DNA of 64,000 nt, taken from Paraspadella gotoi (taxonomy: Eukaryota > Animalia > Chaetognatha). The stretch's first letter is position 1, and every line of letters begins with the position of its first letter. The notes under the pieces are model-generated. The model worked only from the letters and a program-made list of their open reading frames with translations. It ran no database searches and was not told the origin of the DNA. The position numbers and the translations under genes are program-made. The stretch spans positions 68,731 to 132,730 of the forward strand of contig JBJCIZ010000207.1 of NCBI GenBank assembly GCA_051294375.1, written 5' to 3'. Shown in pieces: positions 13,176-27,195 of this stretch.

Positions 13176-15820
13176 AATGATATTATGGATCTCATACTTT
13201 AATACATATCAAGGAGAACCATAAGGTTTATTGTGTGAAAGTTATAGATAACTTCGATAAGGAATGCCTGCACAGGAAGGCGAAAAAGAGATGGATAAAC
13301 TATATCAGCTTGTAATTGAACAATGTACTTTTGCTTAATCCTTTTCTCGGTACCATAATTCTCCTTGAAAAGAGAGAAAGAAAGAGAGAGAGAGAGCGAC
13401 AGAGAGAGATATATATATATACTGACTGACTGGTTCTCCCTTCTCATAGTTTTTAAACTCCTGGTCCTCCTAGACGTAGCAAATTAATAAAAATTCAAAA
13501 ACCATTAAAACCGGATCTGCTTATCACAGATTCCAGCTCTATAATCCATAGTCTGGTCGGTCAATCTCTTAAATGACAAAAGCAACGACGATTATGGCGA
13601 CGACGACTATGATACCAAAGATTCTGATAAATTGATTGATTGATTGTTGATTGATTAACTGATCAGATCCAGCGTTGTTTGCGCAAACCTGTTTGTTTTT
13701 ATATCTTTTCGTCTTTTCGTCATGACTAAAGTAACGATGACCATGATGACGACAATGATTGATTGATTGATAAAAGAATTGATAAGTTTATTAATTGATT
13801 GATTGATTGATTAATTGAATAATTAATACAGCTAGCATTTACAAAAATAAAAAAAGCATAATCAAATAGTGAAACAGGTTTTCAGTTTTTCCACTTAAAC
13901 TTACTAAATCAAGAAAAAAACAAACAAAAGAAAAATATAACATGAACGGATATAGAAAAAAGAGAAAGAAAGAAAGAAAGATATAAAAAGAAAGAAAGAA
14001 AAAAAGAAAGAAAGAAATATATAAAAAAAGAGAAAAAGAAAGAAAGAAAGAAGAAGAAGAAGAACGAAAAAAATGAAAAAGAAAAAAGGGGGAAATATAA
14101 AGGAGAAAAATAAATAAAGAGAGAAAGAAAGTTAAAAATGAAAATTAGAAAAGTAAAAAAGGTTACAAAAATAGAAGATAAAGAAAGAAAAAAAGTGAAA
14201 ATATTCATAAAGGAACAGATAAAACCTTAGAAAAAAAAAGATTAAATATGTCATTCAGTCAATTTACACGGCTTTTGTTGTTTCTATTATGCTATATAAT
14301 ATGACAATACATTATCTTATACTGTAATAAAAATATATATAATATACAGTAATAAAAATATATCCAGAATTAAATAAACATATTAATTTTGTTTATAGAA
14401 AGGTTACCCATGACTTTGCAATATGAAAAGTATATTTTGGAGCAGATACACTAAACAACATCAATGTATCCTAATTACTACTTTTTTTTATATATGAATT
14501 TATCCTAATGGAGAAGATGCAACAATATTTAAAAAATATATATTTAAAAAACAATAAAAAATAGGAATTAAATATTTAAAAAAATAAAACAATCATTTTT
14601 TTTCTTGGACCACTGATTTTCTATTGCATAGTACTCTTAAATTTGTTGTCATACACAGCTCATGTGAATTGCAAAAAACAAATTTTTTTAAAAATTATAT
14701 TTAATTTTTTGGATTCTTAGATTTGGGAGACGGTTTAAATAAATTGTTTCCAATCCTTAAACCGTCTCCCAAATCTATAACACAACCAAAAAAAGGATTT
14801 TCACATAATGATTCTTAATCTTATAAGAATCTTAATAATATAATGATTCTTATATAATAATTCTTAATCTTATAAGAATCTTATATTAATATTTTTTAAA
14901 AAAGCTGAAAAGTTTCTGTGACAATTTTTTCCCCTCATGGTATTGGTCAATCTAATATTTCAGTAATGACCAGGATTTTTTGAATGAGTTTCACTGGCGC
15001 TAAATAATGTTAGCGTCATCCACTGCAGAAAGTATTATCGTTCCAGAAGGCATTATATGCAGTTGTATATCGAAAGAGTTAAGGGTCGCCTAGTTGATGA
15101 AGCAATGCGTCTTGCTCAAAAGTGTTGGAAACATCATGGCGCTGCTCTCCACCCAGATGAACAAGTTGAAAGGCGTGGGAAAAAATCTCACAATCGGTCA
15201 TGTGAAAACCTAATTAAAAATAGATTTACGTAGAATCTTGATTGATTTGGATGACATAATACAACCGTTTATTAGTTGCGCTGCGAGGACAAGCGGAGTA
15301 ACTCAATTAGTCACTTTTAGTCGGTCTGTCTGTCGTTCAGTATATCTGTGTCGGTCTGTCGCACTTATAATAAAAATACATATAATTTGCTTATAGTTGC
15401 TCATTTGTTAAGACAAGAAAAAACTTCAAATCTAAGGTACTGCTAGGGCCGCCTTCAGAAAATCCTAAAACTATAAAGAATAAAAGATGGTATTCCGATT
15501 CCGTACATGTCATAAATACCCAGGCTAAGAAAGTTATTGTAGTCATGTCATGTCACGTGAAAATAAAGTCACTGCGGCGCAACACATTGGATGAACCGTT
15601 TTCTTTGATGCTTTTTTGTCAACTGAATTGTGTTTTACATAATAATTTTGGACAATCTAATAAAAGTCTTTTATCGCGTCATTAAAATAGAAAACATTGA
15701 TTGATCTCTTTTTCGCCTTCCTGTGCAGTCATTCCTTATTGAATTTATCTATAACTTTCACACAATAAACCTTATGGTTCTCCTTGATATGTATTAAAGT
15801 ATGAGATCCGTAATATCATT
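13176..15820. mobile_element. Non-autonomous DNA-transposon-like element with about 117-bp terminal inverted repeats
   Basis: 13176-13292 (AATGATATTATGGATCTCATAC...) is the reverse complement of 15704-15820; it truncates LTR Y. Confidence 0.65.
13908..14240. repeat. A/G-rich low-complexity (GAAA)n-like tract
   Basis: Direct inspection. Confidence 0.8.
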
Positions 15821-18800
15821 GGAACGGTTTTTATTAAAGTTTGAATTAAGGGTGTTTTTCTGTATTTTTTAAGGTTTCAAAGGGTTATATTTCATAATAT
15901 AGTAGTCATATTTAAAAAAAAATTATATATTTGTAATCAGTGCACCGAGAACCGTTGGTTGGCATAATTACTATTTTTAAAAAAACATTTTTTTAAAAAA
16001 ATGCATAATTTCATATTTTGTTGAAAATAAATTTTGGATTAAAGAATAACAAATATTTTATTTTATGCATTGCATGTCATTGGTACATCAGTTAGCTATT
16101 ATTTGAAATAATTTTTTTTTAAATTATCATAAGACTGAATATACAATATTATAAAAAAATATATAGCTACTTTATGCAAATGAGTTTTAACAAAGCTGTA
16201 TTTGATCATTTTGTTTTACCACTGGTTTAGGCAACCCCTCCCGGTTATAAAACCATAATATAAGAGTATTTACTACCATATTTTTTTTACAGTATGCAAA
16301 TTAGTTTTTTGTCCAAAAAAATGCCCCATCACTATTTTTTTTTCAAAGTGGCTCAAACTCTTATGGGGAATAAACCTCCCTCAGGTCTAACCTGTATTCG
16401 ATTTTCAGCTGATTTCCAGCATTTACAACAAAGTTACAGCTTCCCTGGACTTTTCCAGGTTTTTCAAAACCGATATTATATATGTACTGTAAGGGTAAGT
16501 CTCAGAAAAAACCGAAAAAGAATCTTTCAAATAAGAAAAATATTGGAATAGTACAGAAATCAATATTTCTTTTTATTGTTGCGCAAAAAACTAGGCTTTC
16601 CTCGCAAAACCTCTGGTTACAGGAGATGCAAATTGGTTTTCTCTCAACAAATTGATCATTATTGATTCCCAAAAATGATGCGCAAAAATGCGCCAGCAGC
16701 AGTTCTGGCGATAGTCATTTTATATCATCTTTCCTATTGTATATTAAGGCCTATGAATCATCAATATGTATGAAACTGATATAATATATTTATTATGATC
16801 TTAAGATTTATCATGCCTTTTTTCTGCATACAACAATTCTTCTTTTTTTTTAACTAAGTTCAAATATAAACCTTAAGGACCATTGTTGATCCACAATTTC
16901 TGATACTTTTAATAAAATTGGTCCACTGACTTTTACCTGGTGTATCTTTGTTTTTTTTTATCTATGATTTGAGATTTATTTTCAGTATTCGTTTTTTCTT
17001 TGATTTTAAAGAATAAAAACCGAAAAGTAATTGACTTAGAATCGGAGATTGTATAAAAATAAAAGAGAAAAGAAAAGGGAGGAAAGGAAAAGAGATGAGG
17101 GGATAAAGTGGCGCAGTTTTACGTCAATTAACGCCATTCTACGCCAAAGCATCTTAATAGCTTTATTTGGAAAATGAAAAAAAGTTTTTACGCCACAAAA
17201 TTAAATGATATTATGGTTTTCTGTTTATTTTACGCCATGCTACGCCAAACCTGTATAAAAAAGGCCGGAATAAAAAATAATTTAAATCAACTTTACTGAG
17301 TAGTTTTTACTAGAAAATAAACAAAAAGTCTACGCCAACAGAATTAGATTGAGGATTTTACCGTAACGCCGTGAGCGAGCTAGTGTTTCTGACTTGCTAT
17401 TTATTTATAGAGATTCGAAGAATGTAAATTTAGTAATATTTATTGTAGTAGACATAACATGAGCGTGAGACGTGAAGCAAGTAGAGGGAGACAATAAAGC
17501 AAGTCGAAGGGAGACTATTTCTAAAGATACCAAAAAAAAGAACTTATTAAAAATAGTCAACTTTAAGCTTAACCATAAAATTACAAAATATCTTTTAAAT
17601 GCTTACCGACTGTCACGAATCATTGGTAACTTATCCTCTTAGTTTTAGGTAAGCACATCTCTTTTATATCTTTGGTTAAGGTACAATCTAAGGACTAACC
17701 AATCAGAGAGCGAGTTTTAAAATACTTGATCAATCAGATACTTCGTAAGCAACAAAAATACGAATTCATAATAAAAAAGCATCCATAAACAAGACCGAGA
17801 GACTATCTCGTAACAAATAAAAATTTAACATAGATAATATTTATATTGTTTTTTGTTAATTTTACGCCATTCTAAGCCACATCTGTATAAAAAAGGCCGG
17901 ATTAATCTTTAAAACCACTTAACCGAATAGCTTTTACTAGAAAATAATCGGAAAGTCTTTACGCCACATCATGATATCATATTAAACGGTTTTACCTTCA
18001 TTTTACGCCACAATTCTTTTCCAAATTTAAATATAAACATTTACACTTATTTAACATGATATATTTTAAAATTTTTTTGGGAAAAATTATTAACGCCACA
18101 TATGCAACTCGTAAATAATACGTTTTGGCGTAGTTTTTACGCCACCAGCGCCAACAAACACGTAAAAAAAAAGAAATCAAATCTGAATCCAATACTACTA
18201 TGTATTTTTAATAAAAAAATAGCGTTTTCCAAAATTTTGGTTGAATATCCTTGACAGCAGTAAGGAGGCAGAAAAGTTACTTCTAATTGACGTAAATCAG
18301 TTGGCGTAAATAAAATATTTAAAAGTCAAACTTGGAATTAACGATTAAAGTACACTTCGATAGGCTTAATATAAGGTTTAAAACCATCGAATGAAGAAAA
18401 TCAGTATTTTTAAAATTTTTGTGCAATACCCTACCTTTTTGGAAATATTAAGATTTTATGAGAAGAACCTCTAAAGTTTTCAAGAATTACTCTGGTTAAG
18501 CTATCCGAATATGCCATTATATAATTTTTCCGATTTTAATGTTCACTTCGATCATAGTGCTACGCCTTAATGGGGAATCACTAACATTCTAATTAAATAT
18601 AATGATTGATATTATAACGCATTTGATGTGTTCGGGATTTCATCCGCAACGATCCGCAAAATGAGTAGTGCCAAAATGATTTTTAAAAAAATGGAATTGT
18701 ATCATAAAGTGCCAAGAATATAGCTCGACAAAGTGAGTTCAAAATAAGGAAAACCCCTATATGTCCGGAGGAACTGACTTTTGAAAACTGATATTGTACA

Positions 18801-19532
18801 AGAGGTTTCTTATGATACGTACTTGCTCATAGATTAAAAGTATAAATATTATTGTAAGATGTACTACCCTTTTTCCTAAATCGATAATAGTGGTGTCTCG
18901 TCGGTCGGGATGAAGATCGACAGAAACGACGACGATAATTTTAAATTTTGAACGAATGAGGAAGCACAGTTGTAAAAATATTGATTAGAAATTTGACATC
19001 AAATGTTTTCTTTAACTTGTAAACTTCAAATTATAATTTAACTCAAATTTTATTTTGATACCTCCATCTTTATCAAAAATTAGTAGTTAAAAACACGTTA
19101 GTACTATAAACTTCCTCGCTTAACTGATTGAATCAAATTGCTCTTTGAACTTTTGTTTTACCGTATTTGAGAGCCAAAAAAATTAAATAAAGCTAAAAAA
19201 AATGCGCGGTTTAAAGCGCGATTTTTGCGATCGTTTTTTTGTCATAACTTTTGAACGGATTATCCGATTTTAATGAAATTTTTCATGCAGATAATATTCA
19301 AAATTTCCTATCGATTGGTGCCCAATTCATTGAAAAATACTTAATGGTTTAGAAACGATGCTCACCCCCATAGGAAAGAATAAAAAATAAAAATTGACTT
19401 GTGAAACATGATTTTTGTTTTTTCTATTTCAACTGATTTTTACTTGAATGATTCCATCAAAATTTTGATTTGTATCTTCGATCTTAATTATGTTATTAAA
19501 TTTTTTTTCCCTAGTTGACTTTCCTATCATAT

Positions 19533-19877
19533 ATGATGTTGTTGTTGTTATTGGCGATGTTGTCAACGACGACGGCGCCCACGGCTTACGAAGACCTGCA
19601 CCAGACGCTAAAGGCTGCGTCAAAGACGGCCGATTGGAAAGAGATGCTACGATCAGGAACAGGAGCGAAGGAGGGTGCCTATGACACAGGCAAGGTCGCC
19701 AAAATCTACCACCATCCATTGGAGGCTTTCGTCAAAACCACGCCGACCGCTTACTTTGACAACAGCGGCACCTGCAGCATCGTCCTCGGTTGTGACCCCA
19801 GAGGGGATAGGCCTTGCTGCTCGCCCTTCGGATTTTGTGGCAACACGAACGAGCACTGCATCTGCCCCTTGACAAAG
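19533..19877 (+). CDS. Exon 1 of a secreted protein with a hevein-like (chitin-binding type 1-like) Cys domain
   Basis: Signal peptide MMLLLLLLAMLSTTTA; CDPRGDRPCCSPFGFCGNTNEHCIC; donor AAG|GTGGGG at 19878. Confidence 0.8.
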
Positions 19878-19982
19878 GTGGGGAGTGAGGAGTGAGGATT
19901 GAGAACTGGTCCCCCGTGGGTCAGTGGTAAGGGAAATAAGTAGTGACTAACTAGTAACAAAAACCACCACCCCACATCTCAG

Positions 19983-20135
19983 GTGGACGACAACACGCCT
20001 CCCCGCGCATGCATCGACTACAGCAAGAACGTCACCTCCGTCTTCCCTAAGGGTTACGTCTCCTCGTGGCTTAGCGGCGCAGGCAACGACCTCCCGATTC
20101 GCCTCTTCTGGAAATTTTCGCGGCTGCAGGTCTGA
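19983..20135 (+). CDS. Exon 2 of the same gene (VDDNTPPRACIDYSKNVTSVFPKG...FSRLQV*)
   Basis: Branch point TGACTAAC near 19944, acceptor CTCAG, in phase with exon 1, supplies the CIDY motif completing the Cys domain; may instead splice out at CAG|GTCTGA (20130). Confidence 0.72.
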   Translation: MDDNTPPRACIDYSKNVTSVFPKGYVSSWLSGAGNDLPIRLFWKFSRLQV

Positions 20136-21845
20136 AAGGGGTGGCACAGTGATCTAATTGGCTTTAATTAGAGATGCGCATCGTTCGAGTCGAAGTTCCG
20201 ATCACGATTCCTTTATATTTCACTTCTATTCAAAATTGCAGTCAAGGCCAAAACAAATGATATCAATATGTAGCAAGACCACTATCTTTTATTTCTCGTG
20301 CCTCGTTTTCAATAAATTTGGTATCGATCGATAGCAAATTTCCTCAAGTTTCTTAGTTTAAAATTTCATTAAAATCGGTCCACGCAAAAAAACGAACCAA
20401 AAAAGCCGCGTTCCGGGGATCACCTTTCGCTGCGAAACGATCGAAAAAGTGAGCCAAATAGAAAACGAAAAACTACGGAGCTGAACACGGAAAAAAATTG
20501 ATATAAAAGATGATAATAGCTTATTTTTACCGCGATTTTGAAGTTCGTTATTTGTTTTTCGCTTCTTATGAGCGACGTAAACGTGTAATAGTATAATTAT
20601 TAGACTTACTAAAAATCATTACATAAACAAGATGAAATTTCACGACTCATTTTAATAGGGGTAGCCCCACTCAATGGGGTGAGTCAAAAATTTAGAATGA
20701 TTACATGCTCAAACGAAAATTTATATGTTTTGAAGTATACTTTCAATGGACAAAACATTTCTTATGTNNNNNNNNNNNNNNNNNNNNNNNNNNNNNNNNN
20801 NNNNNNNNNNNNNNNNNNNNNNNNNNNNNNNNNNNNNNNNNNNNNNNNNNNNNNNNNNNNNNNNNNNNNNNNNNNNNNNNNNNNNNNNNNNNNNNNNNNN
20901 NNNNNNNNNNNNNNNNNNNNNNNNNNNNNNNNNNNNNNNNNNNNNNNNNNNNNNNNNNNNNNNNNNNNNNNNNNNNNNNNNNNNNNNNNNNNNNNNNNNN
21001 NNNNNNNNNNNNNNNNNNNNNNNNNNNNNNNNNNNNNNNNNNNNNNNNNNNNNNNNNNNNNNNNNNNNNNNNNNNNNNNNNNNNNNNNNNNNNNNNNNNN
21101 NNNNNNNNNNNNNNNNNNNNNNNNNNNNNNNNNNNNNNNNNNNNNNNNNNNNNNNNNNNNNNNNNNNNNNNNNNNNNNNNNNNNNNNNNNNNNNNNNNNN
21201 NNNNNNNNNNNNNNNNNNNNNNNNNNNNNNNNNNNNNNNNNNNNNNNNNNNNNNNNNNNNNNNNNNNNNNNNNNNNNNNNNNNNNNNNNNNNNNNNNNNN
21301 NNNNNNNNNNNNNNNNNNNNNNNNNNNNNNNNNNNNNNNNNNNNNNNNNNNNNNNNNNNNNNNNNNNNNNNNNNNNNNNNNNNNNNNNNNNNNNNNNNNN
21401 NNNNNNNNNNNNNNNNNNNNNNNNNNNNNNNNNNNNNNNNNNNNNNNNNNNNNNNNNNNNNNNNNNNNNNNNNNNNNNNNNNNNNNNNNNNNNNNNNNNN
21501 NNNNNNNNNNNNNNNNNNNNNNNNNNNNNNNNNNNNNNNNNNNNNNNNNNNNNNNNNNNNNNNNNNNNNNNNNNNNNNNNNNNNNNNNNNNNNNNNNNNN
21601 NNNNNNNNNNNNNNNNNNNNNNNNNNNNNNNNNNNNNNNNNNNNNNNNNNNNNNNNNNNNNNNNNNNNNNNNNNNNNNNNNNNNNNNNNNNNNNNNNNNN
21701 NNNNNNNNNNNNNNNNNNNNNNNNNNNNNNNNNNNNNNNNNNNNNTTTTGAAAAGCGGTGAGGTACCATTAAATGCATACTAGGTAATATAGTCAAAACT
21801 TTGTGTTAAATCTCCTTTTTCATTATATTTTTTTATTTAATGGAA

Positions 21846-22564
21846 AAAAGTTTTAATTAACATTAACAATGATTTTATCAACAATAAAGGTGGGATATTT
21901 TTTGACTCTTGCTTTTTCAAGTCTTCATCAGCGGTTTGACTCAACAGATTTTGGTTTCACAAACTGAGTTGGTGAGATAGAGAGAAAGTTTCCAACAAAG
22001 AATTGAGAAAAGGATAGATGTGAGGAAAGGTAAAAGTAAGAACAGGGAAGGAGAGTGAGTGAATAAATTTGAAACTGGTGAAAAGGAAAGAGAGAATGAG
22101 AGAGGGGGAAAATTATTACATTTGGCAATTTGGAGCCTTTTTCTTTACTTATTTTTGCATATCTATCCCTAACCATTTATTCTTCTATTTCATTTTTATT
22201 TACATCTCATTAAATAACTTATTCACCTTTATTGTTATTATTATTATTATTTCTTTAGTTTAAAATTAAGTTTGCTTAATTTAAATCTATCTTTGTTGTG
22301 CATTACCAAATATAAAGATTTTATCTCTCACTTTCTTTCTCTCTCTCTTTCTCTTTTACCAGTTTCAAATTTATTCACTCTCTCCTTCCCTATTCTCACC
22401 TTCACATCACCTCTGACCACTATCTTTTCCTCAATTCTTTGTTGGAAGGGAATTTTTTGTGAAACTGAAATATTTTGAGTCAAATCGCTGATGAAGACTC
22501 ATAAAAGCAAGAGTCGAAACCTTTATTGTTAATAAAATCGTTGTTAATGCTAATTAAAACTTTT
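21846..22564. mobile_element. Inverted pair of Penelope-like pseudo-LTRs, each with a degenerate hammerhead
   Basis: 21846-22105 is the reverse complement of about 22330-22564; CTGATGA-A-GACTC..GAGTC-GAAAC at 22488-22520 and a minus copy at 21895-21931; similar to 45000-45250. Confidence 0.75.
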
Positions 22565-24994
22565 GTTTTCTTTTACATCAAACCTTTATAAATAAGTAAA
22601 CCACCAATTAGATGCTTATTATACATAATTTATTTCATATCTTTCTATGGTCCTTTGGAAATTCTTCCACAAAATACGACACATGACTAAACCTGCCAGT
22701 TTTTTGTTTTTTTTCTTTACTCAAAATTATTACAGTTTTTTCATATTAAGATTCAATCAAACTAGGTTCATACAGTTTTTCCTTAATTTTTTTCTTTTTT
22801 TTTTGTTTGACATAAGAAAGAAGGTTTTGATTGATTTGTTCTAACTAAAGCATAGTAAACTTGTACTGTAGTTAGTAAGTTTTAATATAAGTTTAACACT
22901 AGTTTAGACTTGCAGTAAAATAAAAAATGATGCATCAGTTAAACCATGCAGCAAGCCTTCTACCGGATCCTAATTTACTTTCTTACAAACAACACCACTG
23001 TCTTATTCAGGGTCATCACTAAATTCCCCAACAAAGAGTCAAAATATCTAAACATAGACGAGAATCTCGCTTAAAAAAAAATTCAAACCACTTTTCTAAT
23101 AGAGAATTCCGTTCAAATTCTGACTACCCAAATTCGAACGCGTTTGCCAAAAAATCGGTTAAAAAACACTTGTAAAAACGCACTATTCCAAGAGCGTTAC
23201 ATCTGAAGAGCTTGTCCTATTCGTTTTATGGCATTTGATAAAGGATTTAATATCAACAACCAGGGAAATGCACTATTCATCTGCCGGAGAATTTTTCAAA
23301 CCTCATTTTTACTATAGAAATGAAAGGGAAAGTTTACAAACTTAAAAATTGCAAACGGGATTGCTATATGTTCCTGTGACATGAGCGACGTCGAATTTCG
23401 CGATTCTGATAGCTTTGTGTCTGAAGAGCTTGTCCTATTTTTCTTTTTTTCATTTTATAATGATTTTGACATAAAAATGATCAGGTTTAAATTAAATAGT
23501 CCAGTTTGAATTATTTAAAAAGAAATTAAAAGGAAGTTGAGAAAAAAACTGATTTTTCCTAATATCTTTTGAAGAATAAAGATACAAGGCGATGGCAATC
23601 ACCAAAATGAAGCCATAATCATAGGGCACATACAGATATAATTTTAGAATTACTTATGCTGAACCTCCTTAAGGGATCGAGTTCAAACTAAGTCAAAATA
23701 TAATGAATTTTGAAACTAATGACACCCCTTAAGAAGAATAAAAATAATTCTTTTTTCAATGATGTCTGAAAGAAAAAAGGCTAAATTGTACTCTAGTAAA
23801 ACTTAAAAGTTTTTGGATAAAGAAAATGTGAAATTTTTGGTCACTTAAATATTTGCTTGTCTGATTTTACAAGACATGCTTTCAAAATCTCTCACAAAAA
23901 TATTATTCACCCCATCACAGCCTAAGTATTTATCCTTCTTTCCACCAGCAAAAGTAAACATTATCTTATTAAGAGAACAGGGATGTTTACTAAAAGGAGC
24001 CGAAAGCCATTCAACTTCTTCACTTTGATGTTATTTTTCAATAATAAAATAAGCAAATTTTTAATTATTTAACTCTCAATGTCTTCAAAGATATTATACA
24101 CTTTCATAATATCCCAATTGTTTGAATTAATTATTATATTTATTTTACCCAGAAATCATAAAATAACAGAAGTTGTGGATTCCCTTCGCTCCGTTTTTAA
24201 GAAAAAAAATTACACTAGCGAATAATAAGTTTGTAAGAGGAAGTCAGAACGGCAAAAAATCTTAAAAAGGGAGAATGTTAAAAAAAAAGGGGTGGAATTT
24301 TGACTGGGTTTCCTAAGATTTCTCCACAATGTGGAGGTCGATATTAAAGCGAAACTTTGAGATTCACAATATTCCCGTTCATTCCACATCTATCGATATA
24401 AAAATATAGACAAAAAAGTCACTGGCTTCTTTTTCTATAGCGGCTTCCTACTAAACGGAAGGAAAAAAAGTTTTGTTTATCTATTTCCAGCATAAATTTT
24501 TACATATACTTCTTATTTATCTTGGCCATTTACAAATCCATAATAATGCTATACTAATTAAATATAATATTTTTCCCCTTAGTTTGTTTGATACATATCC
24601 ACAAAGCAAAAATTACTTCATTACTTGATCAATAATATATGCAATCTAGTTATCTAATAAAAGGCAAGACCAAGCAGATTCAAAATTTTTACATGAATTT
24701 TTTAATGAAATACTGTTAGAGATACAGTTTTGCCGATTTAAAAGCATGTTTTCTATNNNNNNNNNNNNNNNNNNNNNNNNNNNNNNNNNNNNNNNNNNNN
24801 NNNNNNNNNNNNNNNNNNNNNNNNNNNNNNNNNNNNNNNNNNNNNNNNNNNNNNNNTCAAAACAAACCAATTTTCTCTTTTATTTTTATATTTCTTTTTC
24901 TCTCTCTTTTCTCTTTTAATTACATGTCTCTCTCCCTCTCTCTTTTCCCTAGTCACTGATTCATAGGAAAAAATCTTAAAAGCATAAAGATCGA

Positions 24995-25235
24995 GCCGCT
25001 TTCGATAGTAACCAAATATTGATGCGATGATAACCAAATATTGATGCGATGATAACCAAATATTGACGCGATGATAACCAATAATTGATGCGATGATAAC
25101 AAAATGACTGATGTGATGATAATCAAATGATTGATGCGATGATAGTCATTCATTGATATGATGATAATCATTCATTGATACGATGATAGTCATTCATTGA
25201 TGCGATGATAGTGATTCATTGACGCGCTGAATCAT
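24995..25235. repeat. About 20-21-bp minisatellite (ATTGATGCGATGATAACCAAAT-like)
   Basis: More than 10 degenerate tandem units; related units inverted at 62970-63160. Confidence 0.85.
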
Positions 25236-25271
25236 TCATCGTAAATAAAACAAACAAATGCGTGTATGAGT

Positions 25272-25304
<33 letters not shown>

Positions 25305-25473
25305 CTGGACAGTTTTCCCGCCAACGAAACGCATTATTAGGTCTCTCTCGTTTATATAAAGAATAATCAGAATTTTTAGAAAAAAAATCCACGAAAATCT
25401 CGGATGTAAATTTGTGATTTTGTATTGAGAAAAAAGCGCGGAATAAATGGCGATAATAAAAGTTTTTAGAAGG

Positions 25474-25537
<64 letters not shown>

Positions 25538-25888
25538 AGGAGGGAGAGTGAGAAAGAGAGAGAGAGAGAGAGTTTTCCACCAACGAACGCATTATTAGGT
25601 CACTCTCGTTTATATCGGTTATCCGTTGCCTCGCAACGGCGTCGTGAAATTGGTCTATGTTGATTTTTTTTTATACACGTAACGCGTTATTAGGTCATGT
25701 TCCTCGACATTGTTTACTTGTTGCTCCGCAACGACCACGAAATCTAGGTTAAGTAAGTTATTGTATTTTGGGATTTTGTATTGAGATAAAATAATAAATG
25801 GCGATAATAAAAGTTTTTAGAAGGAAAAAATCCACGACAATCTCGGAATAAATGGCCGATAATAAAAGTTTTTTAGAAGGAAAAAAAA

Positions 25889-25924
<36 letters not shown>

Positions 25925-26387
25925 TGAGAGAAAGAGAGATAGAAGAGAAAAAGATTGTTCTTTTTTTAGGAAGAAACCAGACCGAGGTCAAATTTAATAT
26001 TTGCATATTTAATTAATTTATAAAACGTAAACAAAACATATTTAATAACTGTCCAGACTCCAGACTCAATTTTAAGCACATCCATGATAAGAAGCTGTAT
26101 AAAAATTTTCAGCTTCATACACCCAAATTTAATCATAAAAAAGGCAATCTATAATTTGGAACGCCGCCGCCGACGATGACGCCACTTATGTCCAAAACCA
26201 CAGCAATATCGTTGCAAACGCAAAGCGATTGCGACGATAAAAAAAAGAATAATAAATATAAAACAGTAAAATAACTTATTTTCGAGTTTAATTTTTAGCA
26301 AGTACTAAGTGTGGAGAGACATTATTGAAAGTACTTTTGTTTTACTTTTAGCCCGCATAAGCGAGCAGTTTAATCGAATGCGACCTC

Positions 26388-26710
26388 TCTCAACTCGCAT
26401 ACTTTTCTCAACTCGCATACTTTTCTCAACTCGCATACTTTTCTCAACTCGCATACTTTTCTCAACTCGCATACTTTTCTCAACTCGCATACTTTTCTCA
26501 ACTCGCATCATTTTTCAAATTCACATCATTTTTTCCAATTTGCATTAATTTTTCTGCTTGCATCATTCTCTCAACTTGAATAATTCTTTCAAATTGTAAC
26601 ATTCTTTCAACTTGCAACATTCTTTAAACTTGCAACATTCTTTCAACTTGCAACATTCTTTCAACTTGCAACATTCTTTCAACTTGCAACAATCTTTCAA
26701 CCTGCATCAT
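26388..26710. repeat. 18-bp minisatellites (TCAACTCGCATACTTTTC, about 7 units; TCAACTTGCAACATTCTT, about 6 units)
   Basis: Direct inspection; explains the MRVEKS-repeat ORFs. Confidence 0.9.
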
Positions 26711-27195
26711 TTTTTTCAATATGCATAATTTTCCATAATTATTTAAACAACTAATTATTTAATTAAAAAATTCATGAGTAAGCACAAATAATAAAAATTA
26801 AAGTCAACTTGACTTAGGTTTTTCTCATGCAAACTCATTTCCACTCCTCGATTCCATCAAAACTTTATATCGTGCTCAATCATGTATGTAACTTTCACTA
26901 CGCCTTATCAAGCATGGAACCGGAATCGACCAATCAGCTTGCAGAATCATTGAAACTGTAAATTCTACCCACGTCGCCGATCCTCTTCCTTAGATATAAA
27001 TAGACTTAGCTTGTTCTAGTTTCAGTAGAATTGATCAAGACTCCTGCGCGCGTCTCACCGTCACCTTTATTCTTGATTACCTTGATTTCGTCCATAGAAA
27101 TCCATGAATTTTAACTTAAATGTGGTGACAGGACTTCTGGGCAAGACTCACCACTCCTCCGAGAAGCCAAAGCCACCAGCAACCACGCCACCCGA

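Noticed and set aside
17630-17655. Plus-strand AG|GTAAG recursive site (also near 37820)
   Set aside because: Short or interrupted pyrimidine tract and no established plus-strand intron; compatible with chance.
20679-21796. 340-360-aa ORFs
   Set aside because: They are translations of an N gap.
26305-26548. MRVEKS/STRILF repeat proteins or a CRISPR-like array
   Set aside because: An 18-bp minisatellite with no spacers, in a eukaryotic context.
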